Position numbers and translations under genes: made by a program. This document shows positions 51,141 through 64,000 of a stretch of 64,000 nt of DNA, one piece after another. How positions within the stretch are numbered: position 1 is the first letter of the stretch; each line of letters opens with the position of its first letter. The notes below the pieces were generated by a model, which had not been told where the DNA came from, searched no databases, and saw nothing but the letters and a program-made list of their open reading frames with translations. The stretch lies in the NCBI GenBank assembly GCA_030141605.1, contig JAQGDQ010000055.1:186001-250000 (forward strand). Direction: 5' to 3'. The DNA comes from Tubiluchus corallicola (taxonomy: Eukaryota > Animalia > Priapulida).

Positions 51141-54100
51141 ATCAGGCCATGGATTGGTCACAGGCTTTTTAGAAGCTGGAGTAAAACAATTAAAACAATA
51201 TTCATCAAGTTAATTAAGCCCGATAAAAACGACATAGTTTTCTACTATAGTTAGTATATATATATATATATATTTATCTGGAATGAATGGGCATACAACA
51301 TTTTTATTATAATTTTATTAAAATTTCAATTTTGTTCACAAAGTATTGTAGCCAAACTTCTGGCTTGCAACTTGACTAACTGCAACTCACCGACTATTCT
51401 TAAACTTATCATTTGCCCTATTTTGCCTCGCCTTTTCTAATAATCCAATCATGAAGTTATCAGTATCATTAATTCCTCATTTTTAGGGCATAATAAAAAT
51501 GTTATGATATATACAGCCACAATAATTAGGGACATTGACACTTTGAGAAGAAAGGCCACACTTATTGCTGTTTATTACGATTTTTTCTTTTGTTTTAGTA
51601 AGTCTTTCCACTGGAAAAACCCTCTGGGTTTTTGGTAGAAATTTGGTTTGGAGTAAGCCAATAAGTAGGCTACGCCATCTAGCGTAGAGTTATTACCAGA
51701 ACTTTGTGATCCACGGTCCAACAGCTGAACGACCCGCATGGATGGTCGTGTTTCCCCATGGGTAAAATTATTATACACGCCTACAGCTACGTTCATACAC
51801 CTTTCGTTTAATGCAGCAAGGTCATTGTAGGTATATCGTTTCAAGACAGATTACAATAATTTGTACATCAGTTGCATTATTATACATGCGCGTCAGTCGT
51901 CAGATCAATGCTACAGGTCTATGAAAATGGTAATTTGAAGAAGCAGAGAAACTCGTGTAGGTTCGACGTGTCAGAAGACGAAAACGCGTCTTTGCTGATA
52001 AACAAAGGCAGTCGGTAAACCAGTTCTTCTATGAGAGTAGTCTTCTGTCCCTGATGAAATGTGAGGAGAACATTTACAGTGGGAAGTTACTGTAGATACA
52101 AAAGTTTATTGCGTATTGGGAAAACTACAGTATTGTTGAGGAATCGCGGAGATATTACAAAGTTGTTTTTCTCGAGGAACTACAGTTAGATGATGGAACG
52201 CAAAACCAGGTGACGTCAACTTCCCCAGTACCGCCTTTTCAAGTAAAGTAAGTTTGTAACTACAATTTCAATCTATGTTTGGATTGACGGGTTTTTAGAT
52301 ATGTAATTTAGACGAAATAGCGGTAACCGATAGCCTATTTTAAGAGCTAAAAACATTAAACGAAATTAGGCCTGTCGATAATTGTTAGAAACTGTGGGTA
52401 GATGAATTAGAATCAGACAAATTTAATTTTGCTACCAAATAATTATAAGACAGCACATTACAACAATTTACAATATTTAAAGATGAATGGGATGATGAAA
52501 CAGATATTAGTTATCTAGTCTGTCATCCATAATTGTCTACTTTTGCTTGCAATTATTCTTAAATAACAACATACAAAAACTACTGCTGCTTTCCATACAA
52601 ATTTTCCTGTTATATGAAGTAACTTTTTTACACTTTGCAATTCAGCAACAGTGTCAAAGTCAAGATCGTTATTTTGATGCCTGTGACATAACAGAACTTA
52701 GCTACCTAACTAGTTAATCTCTAAAGCCCCGTTCACACTAGGCAAAAAGTACTCTACCCGTCATTGACCTTTTTGATCCGGATCTGCGTAAACAAATTCA
52801 CTGTCAGAGACGCCTCTACGGGTATTGGACTTTCCGAGACTACCTCCGGTATGTGATCCCAGAATATGTACATATCCAAGACTCGGATTAATTTTGTAAT
52901 GTAAATAAAACCCTATCTCTTAAAATGCCCACACAGCTATTATGCTGAACCAGAAGGTGTCACATCAATCGATAATTGTTGCTGTCACGTTTCCGTTTTT
53001 TGCAATTTTTGGGTATTTCAATGCATCACGTTTGTTTCTTTTATTCTTTTTAAATTTTAATGCAAAATGAAAGACAATGTTGTTGTAAAAGCAAAGCAAA
53101 TAAAAACTGGAACGTGAAACACGTAGGTCACAGTATGAGCAGGTCACGTGTCAGTCTACTAGCCAATCAGTGCCTGCCATACAGATACCTACAATATCCC
53201 AGTAAACTATAAACGTAAACTGATATCTAAAAATGTTTCAGTTGTGCCTCAAATGTTTTTGCAAGAGAATGAGTTGACAGACTCTGTTTTAATGTAAGAA
53301 AAATTATGAATTGACACGATAACGTGATCAACCTAGTAGCAGAAACACCAAGCAGTTCAAGAATAAACTTTTTGTAAAAAAACAACAGCTTATAAGAGAG
53401 ACAGCGGTAAATCCAGTAAACAGTAGCGACACAACATTTGTCGTCATTGTCATGTACATACAGCCACGGGTAAAATAATTACGTAAGTCAATAGATTGTG
53501 TGTTTGGCTTTTGTAACAAATGTAAAAGCCCCAAGCACTAATGATAAAATACACCGTAGCATGACATAAATGTTTGACTCAGCATCACAAAGACACGTTG
53601 TCTCATTTTCACGTCACACGTTTGTTGTTTACACCCGATAACGCTATACAAGTAAACAGAAAAAAAATCAGTAAATTGTGTTCTCAAAAATCTGAAAATC
53701 TACACCTGACATGACACATGAGGGAATTAGCTGAGGGCATCAGGCGTAAGCTTAATGACCGAAACTGAGAAATACTAGACCCAATTGGTAAGTGAACGGA
53801 TGTCTGCTAGAAAAATCCCTTTTGGGCAGTTTCATTTGCCTTACTGCCAGAGCTATTGTTTTGTGGCTAACGTGGCTAAGACACTGCTGTCAATTCAGTG
53901 CCTCACTTTAAAAGCATATCTTTCTAATGAGATATATGTTTGTCCTGTCACAATAAGAAGGCTTTGTTCTTAAGCGCCTAATATTGGCTTGCAGTGGACC
54001 GAGTTGAATTAAAAACTTATTAATTTACCTTCAAGAGCATCACATAAACTTGCAGTTTGAAAAAGACGATTGTTTATCAAATTAAACCTGGAAACTCAAT

Positions 54101-55202
54101 AGTAAAATTTCCAAATTCCTGGAATATTGGAGTATGAAAATTTTGGAATTTACAATTTAGATCACTCAGATATTGTCTTCCTAATAAATATTATTTTGTA
54201 ACTCTCAACCCTCATAAAGAAATAATGAAACCATTAGTTAAATTCTATAACAGCTGCTTGAATAGGGAAAATCTTACAGCCAGTTTCTTTTTCATAAACG
54301 TCGATTTCAGATTATGGGTTATAATTTAGTTCCTATTTGTTGCAAGTACAGAACTTTTTCTACAAACGATAATTTCCTTTCAAAAGTTTATTCTTGTACG
54401 TCAAGCCTATGATGCACCAAAACGTCCAGAATTTACTGGGTGTTAGAAGAATGCGTCTGGCTTCCAATCTCAATGTTTTGCTTTTGCAATGCTTTCATTG
54501 TTTCATTGTTTATTGGAATAATAATTTATCAGCGCAGACAATGTGATCACAGGTCGAGTAATCATTGGCTGGTGAGAAACAGGCGCTGGACGCCATACAC
54601 TCAAAAATTAGGAACAGCTTTTTTCCAGTGTCTGGCTTCCAGTGTCCGATGCCAGAATCTTTGATTTCATCACTCATTGACAACATACATGTTTTATTTT
54701 TCTCTTTAAAACTCTGGAGATTTTTTCTGCATCATGTATGTTAATTATTTTGCCAGTGAAGGCTAATTGAGGTGTACAAACGCTTGAACATAAATTGTTT
54801 TGACTTTTTTTAATAGAAATAATTTGAATGTAGTACTAACTTATCTTACTGTTCGATATTAATCGAACTGTCGATTAATTGTATATAGTCACACCTTGTT
54901 AACTGATCTTGTTTATTAGTGTTTTTTACCTGTCGATTTGTTTGTATTATTGATTTGTGTGATTGTAGTAATAACGAACTCAAATACGAATAAAATCACA
55001 TGGATGCATATATCATTATATATATATATATATATCAAATTATATATCAAGATTTATATTTATATAATTGATTTTATGTTTGTATATATGATACGTAGAA
55101 CCTAAGAGTGTGTACCTGCGAAGGTATAAGCGTGCAAGATGAGGAGCATGTAATTTTGACACGCAAGAAAACGGATTGTATAAGAAACAAATATAACGTC
55201 AC

Positions 55203-55747
55203 TTTAGAGGAAAAGACTAACGTGAAAGAATTATTACCACATAAACGCAATTTCGCGTTCGCGAACACTAGTTCTTCGCTGTTACATACATTTCGCCATT
55301 CGCTAGTTAGACGGGCACTAGCACCTGCACAAAAAACAGGTGCTGTGCTTCTCAGTTCAGATGTGCTAGGTTGTGACGAACTACACACGTTCGACAGCTC
55401 ATGCGTGAGCACAGCGGTAAATTTGAAATTTAAAACATGCCTAGTTTTAGTACAACACACTGAATATCTTACAGTAGCACTGTACTTCAATTTTCGCTTT
55501 CACAAACACGCGCAACGCGCTCGTGGAATATTTTTGCTGGTAAAAATTATGTTAGCTTGTGATGTCGTCAATAGTTGGGCTCGCCCGAAGTTAATTAAGA
55601 TTTTAATCTATTATTTAATTATCAGAACCGCTTTTGCTGCATTAATTGTGTTAAATGTATACTTTTAATTATAATTAAAATGTATACTTTTTACCGGACG
55701 AAAATGGGGTTGTATATGAAAAATGATCTTTCTTCGTCTTCCTTTAA
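55203..55747 (+). mobile_element. Family A MITE (left end partly deleted)
   Basis: Shared internal sequence; ends CTTCGTCTTCCTTTAA. Confidence 0.78.
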
Positions 55748-57417
55748 CTACTTGGAGTGATCTTGAAAGTGAAGTATTAGCTAAAATTGCTATTGAATTT
55801 ACGGCTTTTCGGCTGAATTTTTTGGTATTAGTACTAATTTTAAGGTTATTAATGTTGTGTCTGATTCTCTGTACTTACTACGAATATCTGTTTGTGCAAA
55901 CTACTTTTGAAATAGTTACTGTAATAACATGACAATGGTGTCATAGTTTGTGTGACAATAAACTATTACTACTACTCTGAGTGGAGGGTAGTAGGTGGGG
56001 TCATTTGCAATAATTATAGCAGCTCTCATGAAAAAAATGTTGAAATGTCAATTATTCAAAGTTTATTCTATGGTACAATTCCCTAGTAGCAGGTGTAGCG
56101 GGAATTCTGCTTGAGACAGCACACACAGAAACTGCATTTTTGTTACCTGTTAATGACGGAGTTTTCAGGACGTTTATGAGACGAATTCTTTGAGGTGTGT
56201 CCTCGCCTGTGTTGATGCTTAATTCCTGTTGTCCTTCATCGATCCCCCCCCCCCCCCGTGCGCGGTACCAGGTTTTAGATATTTTCATAGTGTAGTTAAA
56301 ACAACACAATTTTATTAAAAACTTTTACTTTAAAAAGTTAAAAGTTAAAATCATGCCAAACGTTTGCAGTAGCTGTTGCTGTCATCATCAGTGGTAAATT
56401 TACAAACATACAACCAGTTGATATAGGCAGATCCTATTATGTGCTAATTAAGTAGTTAACAGAAGCCAAACAGGCAGTGAATAAACAGACCAATAAAGAA
56501 ATTGATACAGTAAAAAATAGCTAATTGTTTAAAAATAAAGTTAAAGCAATTGAACTGCTTTGTACAGTAAGAGAAGCCTTATTAGGGTACGTAGATAAAC
56601 TTTCTTTTATTAATAAGTCCCAGCTATTTGTAGCTTTGATCACAATGCTGAAATTATTAAAATCAGCTTTGCGGCTAGAAGCACAAATATGGACATTAAT
56701 GCTGGATTAAGGAGAATTTTTTATTTTTTTGCCAGTTCTTCAGGTCTGTTTACCTATTTGGCTTTCGAAAACATATAATTAGTGCTTAATTTGCTTTGCT
56801 TTCTAGTTAGCCCTAATAATCGGGCTGCGAAAAAAACCGTGTCACGTCGTAAGATGAAAATACTGTTAATTTTTTTACAAAAAACAGCAAAAACATTAGC
56901 GAATAAAGGAGAAGAAAGGTATGAGGATCAAGTATTTTACACTTTTCGTCAGTTTGTTGGGTCCAATATAATAGAAGTGGTGATGACAATAAATGAGTAT
57001 TCGCAGGGTAAAAGGCCTAATATTACAACTTTTTCTTCCGAATAGAAGAAGAAGAAGGTGATGATGATGACGACGAAGTACAATGGCGTTGTCGTATGTC
57101 AACACCAGGAAACGTTCCTTCACTGTGTCATTGACATACTGGCATTAACAATATCAGTCACATTAACTGACGTTCTTGGTATAATACTCAAGCTGACTCA
57201 AGCTGTGTTTAACCAAGCATTGATTTCGACGGTCAAGTTCCCTTGTTGCAGTTGTATGACTGTAAAAATGGTTAGGGGTTGTTACTTCATGCGGTCGTAG
57301 TGGTAAAATTAGATTTCTAAGAGAATAACCAGAATGACGACTTCTCGTTTTAAACTCTCTAGATATAATACGTACACTTGCGAACCAATGTGAACGACAC
57401 ATATATAACACTTTTAA

Positions 57418-57666
57418 TGGCGCATTCAGACGTAGAGACTTCTCTCGCAACTTGTTGCGCAACTTCTCTGTGAAAGTAAAGTTGCACGTGTGAACGGCTT
57501 GGCAACTTCTCTCGCAACTTATTGCAAACTCAGCGAGAGTTGCTGAGAGTTAACTTGCGCAATAAGTTGCGAGAGAAGTTGCCAAGGCATTCACACGTGT
57601 AATTTTACTCTCAAGGAGAAGTTGCGCAACAAGTTGCGAGAGAAGTCTCTACAACTGAACGCGTTA
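57418..57666. mobile_element. Foldback PIF/Harbinger (Tourist)-like MITE
   Basis: Almost fully palindromic 249 bp (GTAGAGACTTCTCTCGCAACTTGTTGCGCAACTTCTC and its reverse complement), flanked by TAA on both sides. Confidence 0.75.
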
Positions 57667-58140
57667 TAACACATGAACGATGTAGCAGCGTTAAGTTAAG
57701 ATTCCAAACGAAACACCCTGTTCTTTGGCCGGACTACAAAACATTTGTAACTCATTAGAACTAAATTTGAAATCAGCTCATGTGATTTTCATGTGGCATC
57801 GCCCAACGAACAGGCTGCATTATAATGTCATTTTAATACGAAATCGTCAAACGATTTTGATTTTTTCCACTGACTGACTTAAACGATTTGGATTTTTTCC
57901 ACTGACTGACTCTGTTAAGATTTCAATATCGTCGCGCTAACAGTAGGATATTATAAAGTATAGACGAAATACTATCGATGAAATAATACGAAAAGTTGTT
58001 TAGTTGACAAGTATAATTAGTTGATAAATATGAATCATATAATAATTACATTGGCCTTACAACTACATTTCAATGCACAGACACGCTAATACCTTCTCGA
58101 TTTTTTTTGGCAAATAAGTAAGTAGTAAAATGTAAGAACC

Positions 58141-58590
58141 TTCAAGGACAAGAAAACTCTTCATAAATATAGCTTACAAATTTCGTCGTGTTTTCTTACC
58201 GTGCACGCGCACAGAGCCTGCGTTAGCAGGAACTCTGTATAAAACTCCTAAAATTTAAACTCCCACGGTGATGGTTAGGCGCAGCCATTTTGAGGGTAAA
58301 TCGTTTAGAATAAGTTTAGATAACATTGCGTAAATTTGAAAAAACAATCAAAGCATTTATGAGGCACTGTTTGCTAACTAAAAAAAGTTAAAGTTGATTT
58401 ATATTGTAAATAAGATCAATGATGTGTTTTTGGTGAATCTGTGGTGTACACTGGGATAGCGATGCAGTGCCATTTTGTCGGGTGGCGTGAACATTTTAAA
58501 TTATTAAGAATTTTCTTTTCTACTTACATAAGTCTTTCAAACAGGTAAGCGTAGTGAAAAGTAATATAGATTTGTGTGGGAAGTTTCTAT
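58141..58590 (+). mobile_element. Kolobok-like MITE, family B
   Basis: TTCAAGGACAAGAAAACTCTTCATAAAT...; colinear with 6315-6821. Confidence 0.7.
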
Positions 58591-59049
58591 TGTGAAAAGT
58601 TGTTGTGAACTTCGCTGTCTTTCAGCCCCTAACTGCAATGATGGAAAACCGGATTCTACAATTCGTAAACTCATAAGCATTTCATGCACTTGGCGAAGTT
58701 ATGCAGGTCTAGCATCAGTGCTTGTCTCACTCTGATTGTGCAGCTAATAAACAGAAAGTGCTCGAACGTCACGCGCGCCATCTTTATGGCTTTCTCCGCA
58801 GTTCCTGCAAACAATGGCACGGGAAAAACGAGAGTCATTAGAATAAATATTCGCACAGCTGACGGCATTTACTGACCTCAATTCAGCAGTCTTCTTTCAA
58901 CTTGAACTAAAAACTTGGGCACTTAATTTCACTTTCATTATCCGCTAGGACCCAAGTACTGTAGAAGTACGAAATATGTAATGTTAGTAAGTGAAAGGCA
59001 GTTTCCAAAAAAAACTTTCCTTACAAGAATTGTTATATTACTTATATCT

Positions 59050-59420
59050 TATTTATCTGTTTCAAAGAGTTATGAATATATTTTTTTGTAATTTAAAATA
59101 TTCGCGCGGACTGGTAAACGCCACTGTTTCGCTATTCCAGTGTGCTCCATTAGCTCACTAAAACATATTATTAATCTTACAGAAAAGATAAAGGAATTTA
59201 TACCTTTGCTTTGTTAGTGACGTGTGCGTCAAATGTCTCTATTTTTTTTTAACTTTACACATTGTTTCTTAAACTTGCTTAAATTTCTTACTAAAGATTG
59301 ACTGCTAGGGCGAAAATTTAAATTCACAAGTTTTATACAGCATTGTTGTTAATACAAGCTCTGTATGCAAAAAAGCAGCAAGTAGACGATTTTTTTAGTT
59401 TTACGTAACTAAAGGATTTT
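59050..59420 (-). mobile_element. Degenerate family B MITE, inverted
   Basis: Reverse-complement similarity to 58141-58590 (ATTTAAAATATTCGCGCGGACTGGTAAA..., AAATTTAAATTCACAAGTTTTATACAG). Confidence 0.5.
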
Positions 59421-60131
59421 TGTAAGACTGTTTATAAGACTGTTTAACGGATTTACACTGACTAAACGAAAGGAAAGGCCTACTAATGTAAATGTAAGCT
59501 TTTCTTTGCCATATTAATGCCTTGTAATGTGAGACGACCTGTGTGAAAAAAGTTTTGTGCAATCTACTCTATTTAAAACCATTTAGTGAGGTTTAAACAT
59601 ATTAGGGCCTCAAAACAAACTGATCTTAATAACGTCTTCTTTGCAAATATGTTTGATATTATGTTCTGTTACTGCTGATAACCTTATTAAATTTGAAATG
59701 ACGTGAGTTACGTGCTTATAGTGTTTTTACAACACTTAATTATTTCCACTTATCGATTTTTCCTGCAGAAATGCGTTTAAAAACGCACATTAAGTGACTT
59801 CTTGTCCATAAAAGTAGTAACATCATTCAATAAATTTTGACCTTTAGTTGTTAATTAAATTTGTTATCTCAACATTTAGCATTCATCGAATGAATTGACA
59901 ATGCTATAATTATAATTGTTGTATTCACTGTTTGTGGTAAATTGATACAAAAGTGACTGGACCCAAACATGTGCCATTATCCATTAATAACTTTGACCTA
60001 CTTCACTTTTTAGGCCCTAATAATCATTTTGTTCTATATGCATTAACTTGGTTTGATCCTGTTACTGGGGATGTTTTAAACATGACTATACATTACAAGT
60101 TGTTATTTCAAAAGCTGGTTTTGCGAAAAAC

Positions 60132-60778
60132 TTATAGCAAAACCGGATCCAATCTTAAACTGTAGGTCAAAACAATGTACCCTTTAAAATATTGAAAGGA
60201 AACATACTATTTTTTCAAAAATGACTTACGTGAAAGAATTATCACCCAATTCGTGTCACTAGTTTTACATGCATTTCGCTATTCGCTAGTTAGATGGGCA
60301 CTAGCGCCTGCATTTCGGAAACGCATTGCACAAAAACAGGTGCTGTATCTCTCAGTTCAGATGTCTTAGTTTGTGACGAACTGCACACGTTCGACAGCTC
60401 ATGTGAGAGCACAGCGGTAAATTTGAAATTTGAATTTTTATCCTAAAACTTGCCTAGTTTTAGTACTATACACTAAATATCTTACAGTAGCACAGTACTT
60501 CAATTTTCACTTTCGCAAACACGTGCATCACGCTCGTGGAATATTTTTGCTGTTGATTGTTAGGCGAATGTAATCTTGTTGGTCTTAATGACAATAAAAA
60601 TACTACAACTTAGTCTGTGATGTCATCAATAGTTCGTCTCCCCGCCGTTAATTAAGATTTTAATCTTTTATTTAATTATCAGAAACGTTTTTACAGAATT
60701 GTTGGTGTTAAAATGTATACTTTTTATCGGACTTGACTAATGGGATAGCATATGAAAAACCATCCTGTCTTCCTTTAA
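60132..60778 (+). mobile_element. Family A MITE (full length, with an internal insert of about 55 nt)
   Basis: TTATAGCAAAACCGGATCCAATCTTAAACTG ... CTGTCTTCCTTTAA. Confidence 0.8.
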
Positions 60779-61392
60779 GCTACGTGCCTGTCAAGTTCTT
60801 CATTAATTGCTACTTGTTTACAATGTGATTAAATTGCTAACATTCACAGCTATTAAACAGTGTAACCACAACACATAACCTTCTCCTACGTCGGTATGTC
60901 TAACATTATAACAGATTTAATTTGTGGGCTAAATTTAATAATCCTATCTATTAGTGACTGATTCATGCCATGTAACATTGCTGGATGTTTAAAACGTAAT
61001 TCGGTTTTATCTATTTCACATTGCATTATTAATTATGCGTTTGATACGGTCGCTTCGCAGCAATCAATGTTTTTGGTAGTGAAAAATTATTTTTACGCAA
61101 AAACAGTTATTATTCCTCTTCAGGACTAATTTTAGTATGCGATTTACCGTACTGGTGTTATATATCCCAAGAGAGGGCGAAATAGTACCAATGCGAAATA
61201 GTACCTGATTAGCTTAATTGTACTAAAGCAATCATTGTCACTCGACGCCATTGCAGCCTCGACCTCAGACCTTTTCTACAAATTATGGCAATAAATTTAC
61301 GACGAGGAATTTCAGTAAACTAGTGAATTTAAAAGCTTAATAAAAGTATGCGTATATACTTGCGAATCATTATTATTGTTGTAGAAGTAATG

Positions 61393-61826
<434 letters not shown>

Positions 61827-64000
61827 ATAGCGGACGGACCTACTTCAGTCAATAAGCACGCTAGTCTATTTTTCCCATTGTGCTCTTTCACTGTTTTAAC
61901 TGCAAATGTAAACTACACTATACAGGCCTACCGTTCATTTCAGGACATGTTCAGCATGAACTAAAATACTAAACTTGAAAAAACCCAAACGCTTATAGTT
62001 GTAAGCTAATAAACACGTGAATTGAAGTAATGAGGTTTTTTTTCTATCCAGCATATAAAACAAAAATCAAACTGTGAAATAACTTTGGAAGTGCATTGTA
62101 CTCCGTAATTTGTGATATACACTTTTTAAGCTTAACGTGGTAGTTCAAGTCAACAATCGAGCTAACAATGTAGGAAAATTATTGCTACTGTAGACACTGG
62201 CAAACACGTAGTACTTATAATTGATCATTACTAATTACTAAATAACCAGTGAAACTCGAAAGGCAGGCCTGTCTTGTTCGTTTGCCGAGCAGCCCTCTAA
62301 GGAAAGTAAGTGTTCGTCGACCTCATGGCTCGGTCAACAACTTACAAAGACAACACGCATGGATAAACTGTAGTTAGACTACAATGACAATAGCCTCTGC
62401 TTTTGCCAAGGGAAGTGCTATCTTCAAGTTATTTTTTTGAGAAAAACCATTCGGCCATCTGTTGAGGGGACGCGCTTTTTTGTAGCGAAGACCTTGTCGC
62501 CTGTTCCAAGCATTTTCAACTGTTTGTTTAGTTTTCTTGTGGTATATAAAACTACTGAAGTGTTGCGACAACATTACACCTAATCCTTGGAATTTCGTCT
62601 AAACAGACCTCTTCGTTTAAATATATTGCCTGCTAGACTTTCTGACGAACTTGCCAGAGAATTACCACGTTTGAAAGCGTCCTTGAATTCTCGACTAATC
62701 AGCTTTTAGTGTTGATTTTGCGTTTCCCTGTTAGAAATTAATCGTTTCGAAGTTTTTAGGTTGTCCTCGACTGTGTTGTTGTCATGAGCATCCTCATCTG
62801 TTTACACAAGTTCTCCATTTCACGCTTGCAGGGTTGTTCTCTTTTTTGTGTTGTACAAGTAATATTAAAAGTGCGCAACCCTAGCTTTCTTTAGTTTAAA
62901 TATTAGTACTTGGCGAATTCCACCTTCTGTCCTTTATGAATCTTCTTGATCCCACATGGTGAGTAAAAAATAATTCCCTTTGTGCTTTTACTATTCCAGT
63001 GTTGTGCTTTTACTACGTACTTGTATCATTTCCAATGTGATATCCTTTTATCTGTTTACAAAATTAGAAACAAAGAACTCCTAGCAATTAGTTTTACTAA
63101 TTCTAGTAAATGTGATTTTTTTCTTTTTTGCCGTTTTACGTTCGCCTGAGCACAGTGGTAGTTTGAGACGTTGTGCCCTTTCGTCAGTTGTTTTTAATCG
63201 TGTGATTTTTATTCATAGCCGCCATTCGTGTGATTAAGAATTAATCTGCACTGTGCCATGTGATGATCATAGATTAGCAGAGAATAGACTAGAATTTTCG
63301 GGAGCTGCTCAACTGGTTCGGGGAAAATTTGTAGTTACGATTTTTGCTCCACCTCAAACGTGTTTATTTTGCTTTATTTCCTTATACAGTTCAACATCTA
63401 CAAACTGGTTATCAGCAATCAACTGGGCCTACATATTACGTTAATGGATGTGACGTCCTGGAATCTGTCTTGTTTTCAAGGATAAAACTAAAAAGCGTAA
63501 TTTTGCACTGATAAGAAGTTGGTCTTTCCCATATTTGGAAGCGTGTACATCCTTCCTTCACCAGGTCAACAGTAGTATGGCATTATGGTAGAAGAAAGCG
63601 CCTGGAATCAACTTTTTATTTGGTCACCATTTACTTACTTCCTAAATCTAGATTTGCCTAACTTTGATCGCTATGCATAAGCACACGCTGTGGCTGCTCA
63701 GATGTTCCGATGTCCAATGCAGTAAAACTATTAGAAAGAGATAGATGGAGTTAGTTAAATCTTGTTGTCTGTCCAGAGTTTTGGAAAAATAGCATTAATA
63801 ATCACACTAAAAAATTTTCCAGAGCATACTCTATGGATGAGAGTTTCTTGGAAAGTTCTGCGAGGAGGTACCAAGCATAACTCCTCCACTTACACAACCG
63901 TCAATTCCTCTTAAGTTAGCTACGCACATCGCACAAATGACGAAAACAGTTACCAGACACAAAAGATTGATTCTTTACTTTAGTATAGGATTAAATCTTG

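Noticed and set aside
55074-55668. 186-aa and 138-aa ORFs, and the similar ORFs at 21018, 23184, 23426, 31211, 31603 and 44590
   Set aside because: All lie in family A MITE copies; frames are not conserved between copies and show no protein motif.
62641-62690. Hammerhead ribozyme-like core (CTGACGA...GAAAGCGTC)
   Set aside because: Stems I and II cannot be formed convincingly. The similar motif near 52051 lacks the GAAA.

Overview
AT-rich animal (invertebrate-like) genomic DNA with spliced genes, all on the + strand. It holds (1) the last 15 exons of a laminin alpha chain (alpha-3/5, LanA type; C-terminal LG domains) ending at 14146; (2) a tandem cluster of short secreted pentraxin (CRP/SAP-like) genes: one intact 4-exon copy (22068-24886), a close duplicate with lost cysteines, a GC donor and a premature stop (27275-30140), and a decayed partial third copy (30983-32772); (3) a PEA3-subfamily (ETV1/4/5) ETS transcription factor (about 37498-47514) with an unusually short predicted N-terminus. 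Introns and intergenic DNA are full of non-autonomous DNA transposons (two TTAA-flanked Kolobok/T2-like families, pogo-like, hAT/Charlie, Harbinger-like, Helitron/Helentron-like), SINE and LINE remnants, and simple repeats. Most ORFs in the supplied track are spurious. I see no clearly new biological system. The best leads are the mosaic diversification of the pentraxins, the double-hairpin intron inside the ETS domain, the short PEA3 protein and a tRNA/5S chimeric SINE. All family assignments come from motif recognition by eye, not from database searches.
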